Of a stretch of DNA of 64,000 bases, positions 56,715 through 64,000 are shown one piece after another. A model generated the notes under the pieces. The model had not been told where the DNA came from and ran no database searches. It saw only the letters and a list, made by a program, of their open reading frames with translations. The translations under genes and the position numbers were made by a program. The DNA comes from Streptosporangiaceae bacterium. GTDB taxonomy: Bacteria > Actinomycetota > Actinomycetes > Streptosporangiales > Streptosporangiaceae. The stretch lies in contig DASXKI010000386.1 in assembly GCA_036496945.1 (NCBI GenBank), positions 39 to 64,038 of the forward strand, given 5' to 3'. The number at the start of each line of letters is the position of its first letter. Within the stretch, counting starts at the first letter, position 1.

Positions 56715-57485
56715 TCAGCCGAGGGTGGCGCAGTGGCGGAGGATCGTGTCCGCGACGAGCCTTGGCGCGCGCACCGTCGGGTAGTGATCGACACCGGGCA
56801 TCCTGATCAGCTCGCAGCCGGGGATGAGCCGCGCCGCTTCCTCGTTGCTCGCGATCAGGCCGGGGTCATCCTTATCGCCCACCATCAGAACTGCCGGCAC
56901 AGTCAGATCGCCGAGCCTGTCGAATGTCGGTTCGCCCTCAAGCTCGAACTCCTCTTCGCCTTCCCAGGCGCGCATGGCGGAGCGCATCAGGTCGGTGACG
57001 AGCGGGTCGTCGCCCGCCCCGCCCCACACCTCGAGCAGCAGCCGGATGATGCCTTCGTCGTCACCGGCCACCGCAAGTGCATCGCAGGCCGCATCGAGTT
57101 CAGGCCTCTCGGGATAGGGATAGCCGCCGATGCCAGGACAGAGCAGCACGAGGGATCGCGCTCGGCCAGGCTCGGCGAGCGCGAACTCCAGCGCCGTGCC
57201 GCCGCCCATGCTGCAGCCGATCACATGCGCGCTCGCGACCTCGAAGTGATCAAGGACGGTCATGAGGTCGCCGAGCAGCGTGAACTCCTGGGTTGGCGCC
57301 GGCGATCGGCCAAACCCGCGAACGTCGTAGCGGATAGCCCTGCACGCCGCTGTCAGGTCGGACCACACCGGATCCCACATCCGCGAGTCGCCAACGCCCT
57401 CGTGCAGCAAGACAAGCACTGGTCCGGATCCGCCCGAATCCTCAGCCCAGATTGTGTCGGCACCTACCGGCAGCGTGATCTGCAT
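56715..57485 (-). CDS. alpha/beta-fold hydrolase
   Basis: GPVLVLLHEG, nucleophile elbow GCSMGG, and a C-terminal MPGVDHYP His motif. ATG 57485 (MQITLPV). Confidence 0.8.
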   Translation of the reverse strand: MQITLPVGADTIWAEDSGGSGPVLVLLHEGVGDSRMWDPVWSDLTAACRAIRYDVRGFGRSPAPTQEFTLLGDLMTVLDHFEVASAHVIGCSMGGGTALEFALAEPGRARSLVLLCPGIGGYPYPERPELDAACDALAVAGDDEGIIRLLLEVWGGAGDDPLVTDLMRSAMRAWEGEEEFELEGEPTFDRLGDLTVPAVLMVGDKDDPGLIASNEEAARLIPGCELIRMPGVDHYPTVRAPRLVADTILRHCATLG

Positions 57486-57778
57486 GGTCCCGACGGTAAT
57501 GCCGTCCGCCGCGCTGGGCACCTCTATATCCAGAGGCGATGACAAAGCTGCTGAGCGCTTCGCGAGTGGGCGCGGCAGCCACGGGTGTCCCGGACTCGAG
57601 CGTGGCGCCGCCGCCATCCTGACCGAGGTGCTGGCCCGCTAGTGGCTAAGTCGGGTGTCTTAGGGTAGAGGCCAGGCTTTCTTCGGAGGCCGGGCCAGCG
57701 TGTCTGACTGGCTCCTAGCGTCCATCAAGTGCCGAGTGCGTTGGGCCTGCCTCGGCTGCCAGGCAGAGAGGATTCCTC

Positions 57779-58636
57779 ATGAGCGTGACACCCAGCGCAG
57801 CTGCAGCGGGGACGATCAGCATCGGCGGTGACCTTACCGTCAACCGGATGGGCTTCGGGGCAATGCGGATCACCGGCCAGGGCATCTGGGGGCCGCCAGC
57901 GGACTGGGAGCAGGCGAAGGCGGCCGTGCGGCAGGCGGTCGATCTCGGCGTGAACTTCATCGACACGGCCGACTCTTACGGCCCGGCTGTCAGCGAGGAA
58001 CTGATCGCCGAGGCACTGCATCCCTATGCCGACGATCTGGTGATCGCGACCAAGGGCGGCCTGGTCCGGCCCGGTCCGGGGCGCTGGGACGCCGACGGGC
58101 GCCCCGAGCACCTGCGCGAGGCATGCGAAGGCAGCCTGCGGCGGCTGAAGCTGGATCAGATCCCGCTGTACCAGTTCCACCGGCCGGACCCGAAGGTGCC
58201 GATCGCCGAGTCCATGGGAGCCCTGGTCGAGCTCAGGGACGAGGGCAAGATCAGGCATATCGGGGTTTCGAACGTTTCCGAGGCGCAGCTTCGCGAGATG
58301 CAGAAGCTGACGCCCGTGGTGTCCGTGCAGAACCGGTACAACCTGGATGACAGGTCGTCGGAGTCGATGGTTGACCTGTGCGACCAGGAATCCATCGTGT
58401 TCCTGCCGTGGGCGCCGATCCAGGACGCTGATGATCTGGTGCCGGTCCTGACCACAGCCCGCCGGCTCGACGCCAGCACGCGCCAGGTCGCGCTCGCCTG
58501 GCTGCTGGACAGGTCACCGCAGATACTCCCGATCCCGGGTTCTGGCTCGCCTGATCATGTCGCGGACAATGTCGCCGCGGCGTCGCTGCGGCTGACGGCC
58601 GACGAGGCCAACGCCATCTTCGAATACGAGCGGTGA
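57779..58636 (+). CDS. aldo/keto reductase
   Basis: GFGAMRITG...AVDLGVNFIDTADSYG...LKLDQIPLYQFHRPD...IRHIGVSN. Confidence 0.9.
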   Translation: MSVTPSAAAAGTISIGGDLTVNRMGFGAMRITGQGIWGPPADWEQAKAAVRQAVDLGVNFIDTADSYGPAVSEELIAEALHPYADDLVIATKGGLVRPGPGRWDADGRPEHLREACEGSLRRLKLDQIPLYQFHRPDPKVPIAESMGALVELRDEGKIRHIGVSNVSEAQLREMQKLTPVVSVQNRYNLDDRSSESMVDLCDQESIVFLPWAPIQDADDLVPVLTTARRLDASTRQVALAWLLDRSPQILPIPGSGSPDHVADNVAAASLRLTADEANAIFEYER

Positions 58637-58751
58637 GCTAGCTTCCCGCTCCGGCCCGCGCTGACCCTGACCGCCCACGCCCTGCACGTTCCGCGCCTGC
58701 GCGCTTAATCCGGGTGCAAGCCGGACACGGCTGGCCGGGCCTGACGCTGGC

Positions 58752-58767
58752 TCGAACGCATATTCGA
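58752..58767. promoter_or_regulatory. LexA SOS box TCGAAC-GCAT-ATTCGA upstream of dnaE2
   Basis: 15/16 match to TCGAAC-N4-GTTCGA, located 115 nt upstream of the dnaE2 ATG. Confidence 0.7.
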
Positions 58768-58779
58768 TCCGGAGTTAGA

Positions 58780-58802
58780 CTGTCAGAGCTAATCGTTACG
58801 CT
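58780..58802 (+). promoter_or_regulatory. RecA-NDp/PafBC-type promoter-like motif cTGTCAgag-N8-TACGCT
   Basis: Compared by eye with the mycobacterial motif tTGTCRgtg-N8-TAnnnT. The TGTCA core, the 8-nt spacing and TAnnnT are all satisfied. Confidence 0.35.
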
Positions 58803-58881
58803 GATCGAGTAACGGAGTAGCCGACCAGGTGACGCCAAGGGTGCCCAAGGGTGACCCAAGGGTGACGCGGAGGTGGTGCTC

Positions 58882-62367
<3,486 letters not shown>

Positions 62368-62485
62368 CCGGGCCCGGAAGTCTGGAAGGCCGCAGGCGCC
62401 GCCAGGCCGGAGGCCGCCTGGAGTCGCATGGCCCCAGACGGCCCCGGTCCTAACCTCGGCCCGGTCACTCGACCGGGCGGCTGCG

Positions 62486-64000
62486 TTAGGGTTGCGGCCG
62501 AGGCCCCGCGAGCAGAGCGGCCTGGCCAAGCAGCCGCTCACCGTCGCGGATCAGCGCAGCCGCCTGCCCGCCCTTCAGCACCCGGCCGTCAAACGCCGCG
62601 CCGAGCAGCAGGGCGCGCATCCGCCCGGCGACCGCATCGCGCTGCTGGCCGAGGTGCGCCAGCTGCTTCTCGATGCTGGTGTAGAACGCATCTTTCGCTG
62701 ATGTGCTCGCCAGGGCCCCGGTCGAGGCAGTCAGCGTATCCAGCCCGAAAGTGCCGACCGGCGCCTCGAGCTGGGTATACACCTGGCCGAGGCGCAGCAG
62801 CTCGGCGCGGTTCACTTGCATCCCGGCTGGCAGCGCTGACGGCGTGAAGATCTCGCCGAGCACACGCCCGTCAGGCGTGTAATCATCCCGGAGCCGCAGC
62901 AGCGCCATGATGGTCGGCTGGATATTGGTGTGGTCGGACCAGACCGAGTTGTCCACGCCCAGGTGCACAACGCCAGGGCCGACCATGCCGAGCCAGGTGG
63001 TGTTGATCTGCGAGCCCACGGTGCCGTGATTCCAGGCGTCGGTGCCAGCCGGCTCGCAGAAGAGGATCGACGCTGTCGCACACGGGGCATCCGCGAGCCA
63101 GAAGTCGGTGTTCCCGAAGAGCACGAGGCTGGGTGTCCGCTTCGGGTCGCCGGTCACCATGTGCAGGATCCGGAGCTCTACCGGATCGGCCATGTACCTG
63201 GTCAGCGCGACGCCGTTCTTGCCTGTGGCCAGGTCGTTGCCGGTCAGCTTGGCTGCCGCCTGCTCCAGTGCGCGGACCGAGCTGTCTGTCCGACCTGGCT
63301 GGCCGTGCACGTAGACCACTGGCGCCGAGTCGGCATTCACATCGAATGGCGTGGTAATGCCCTTGGCGGCCAGCAGGCCGGTGAGGTTGCCGTTAGCCTC
63401 GCCGATGCGCTTGTAATGGCAGATGATCTTGACGCCGTTGCAGTTGGACGGGCTGGGCGCGCTTCCGACGAAATGGTCGCCTTCATCAGCGGTGATCACG
63501 AAGAGCGTGTTTGCCTTAGTGATCCCGTGCGCCGCGAGCCGGGCGAAGAAGGTGCCGAACGCTGCGTTCTCGACCTTGAGCTGGTGCTCATAACCGGACT
63601 GCCCTGGTCCGAAGGGGCCGACCCCGCTCCAGGCGTCGTGCAGGTCGCTGAGGTAGGTGTAGGTCACCGGCACGCCGTGCAACTGCATGTCCAGCGTGTA
63701 TGCAAGGCCGTTCGGCCCGGTCATCCCGTCGTAGCCAGGGAAGCCGATCTGGCCGAAAGAGTCCTTGATCACCTTTCCGCCGAGGCTACGTACCGGCCCG
63801 GACGGGCTGATCACCGGCTGGATGAACTTGCTGCCGTACAGCGCATGGAAACCGTGATAGCTGCCCGGCTCGGCCGGCAGTACGTCAGGCACGCCGCTAG
63901 CGCAGACGGCCGCACCTCGTGCGCAGTGCACGGCGAGGCCCATGAAGTCAGCCGTGGCCTGGGCCTGGTCGGAGCCCGACTGGTTGGTCAGCCCGGCCTC
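62486..64000 (-). CDS. phosphoesterase family protein (PlcN/AcpA-like), 5' end outside the window
   Basis: LFVITADEGDHFVG and the overall pattern resemble phospholipase C/acid phosphatase phosphoesterases. The reading frame stays open beyond 63943 to the window edge. Confidence 0.65.
   Translation of the reverse strand, partial: EAGLTNQSGSDQAQATADFMGLAVHCARGAAVCASGVPDVLPAEPGSYHGFHALYGSKFIQPVISPSGPVRSLGGKVIKDSFGQIGFPGYDGMTGPNGLAYTLDMQLHGVPVTYTYLSDLHDAWSGVGPFGPGQSGYEHQLKVENAAFGTFFARLAAHGITKANTLFVITADEGDHFVGSAPSPSNCNGVKIICHYKRIGEANGNLTGLLAAKGITTPFDVNADSAPVVYVHGQPGRTDSSVRALEQAAAKLTGNDLATGKNGVALTRYMADPVELRILHMVTGDPKRTPSLVLFGNTDFWLADAPCATASILFCEPAGTDAWNHGTVGSQINTTWLGMVGPGVVHLGVDNSVWSDHTNIQPTIMALLRLRDDYTPDGRVLGEIFTPSALPAGMQVNRAELLRLGQVYTQLEAPVGTFGLDTLTASTGALASTSAKDAFYTSIEKQLAHLGQQRDAVAGRMRALLLGAAFDGRVLKGGQAAALIRDGERLLGQAALLAGPRPQP

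Overview
GC-rich window with third codon positions mostly G/C, leaderless-type promoters, ImuA'/ImuB/DnaE2 and mycothiol/DinB-type genes, which points to an actinobacterial chromosome. I call about 55 protein-coding genes or gene remnants. I found no rRNA, tRNA, tmRNA or CRISPR array. The content is accessory and regulatory rather than core. (1) The SOS mutasome is present in two parts: imuA'-imuB at 44.9-47.2 kb and dnaE2 at 58.9-62.4 kb. Each part has a LexA-type SOS box, and they are separated by an Opp/Dpp-type ABC transporter, a LacI regulator, a GH1 beta-glucosidase and two more genes. (2) A putative xenobiotic/genotoxin-resistance cluster runs AraC, VOC, VOC, short UvrA-like ATPase. Elsewhere there is a TetM/OtrA-type ribosomal-protection GTPase. 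(3) There are many one-component regulator modules: an ECF sigma with a TolB-like membrane partner, a TetR next to an orphan NuoB-like gene, a YtrA-type GntR with an ABC-2 exporter, DUF1707-ArsR, and MocR with EamA, a B3/4-domain protein and TenA. (4) A mobile-DNA scar contains a doubly frameshifted tyrosine recombinase and an intact IS110-family transposase. (5) Decayed genes are unusually dense: frameshifted patatin, histidine kinase and rhomboid-like genes, a GNAT/GAF fusion scar, ABC and exporter remnants, and an orphan smpB whose canonical start position reads GTT. (6) Several perfect 15-18 bp tandem repeats occur, some of them in frame inside genes. The most interesting uncharacterised module is a translationally coupled, apparently leaderless pair of a small protein and a Pol-beta-fold nucleotidyltransferase, sitting directly upstream of the SOS-regulated imuA'. 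All functional calls rest on motif and family recognition by eye from the supplied translations. No searches were run.
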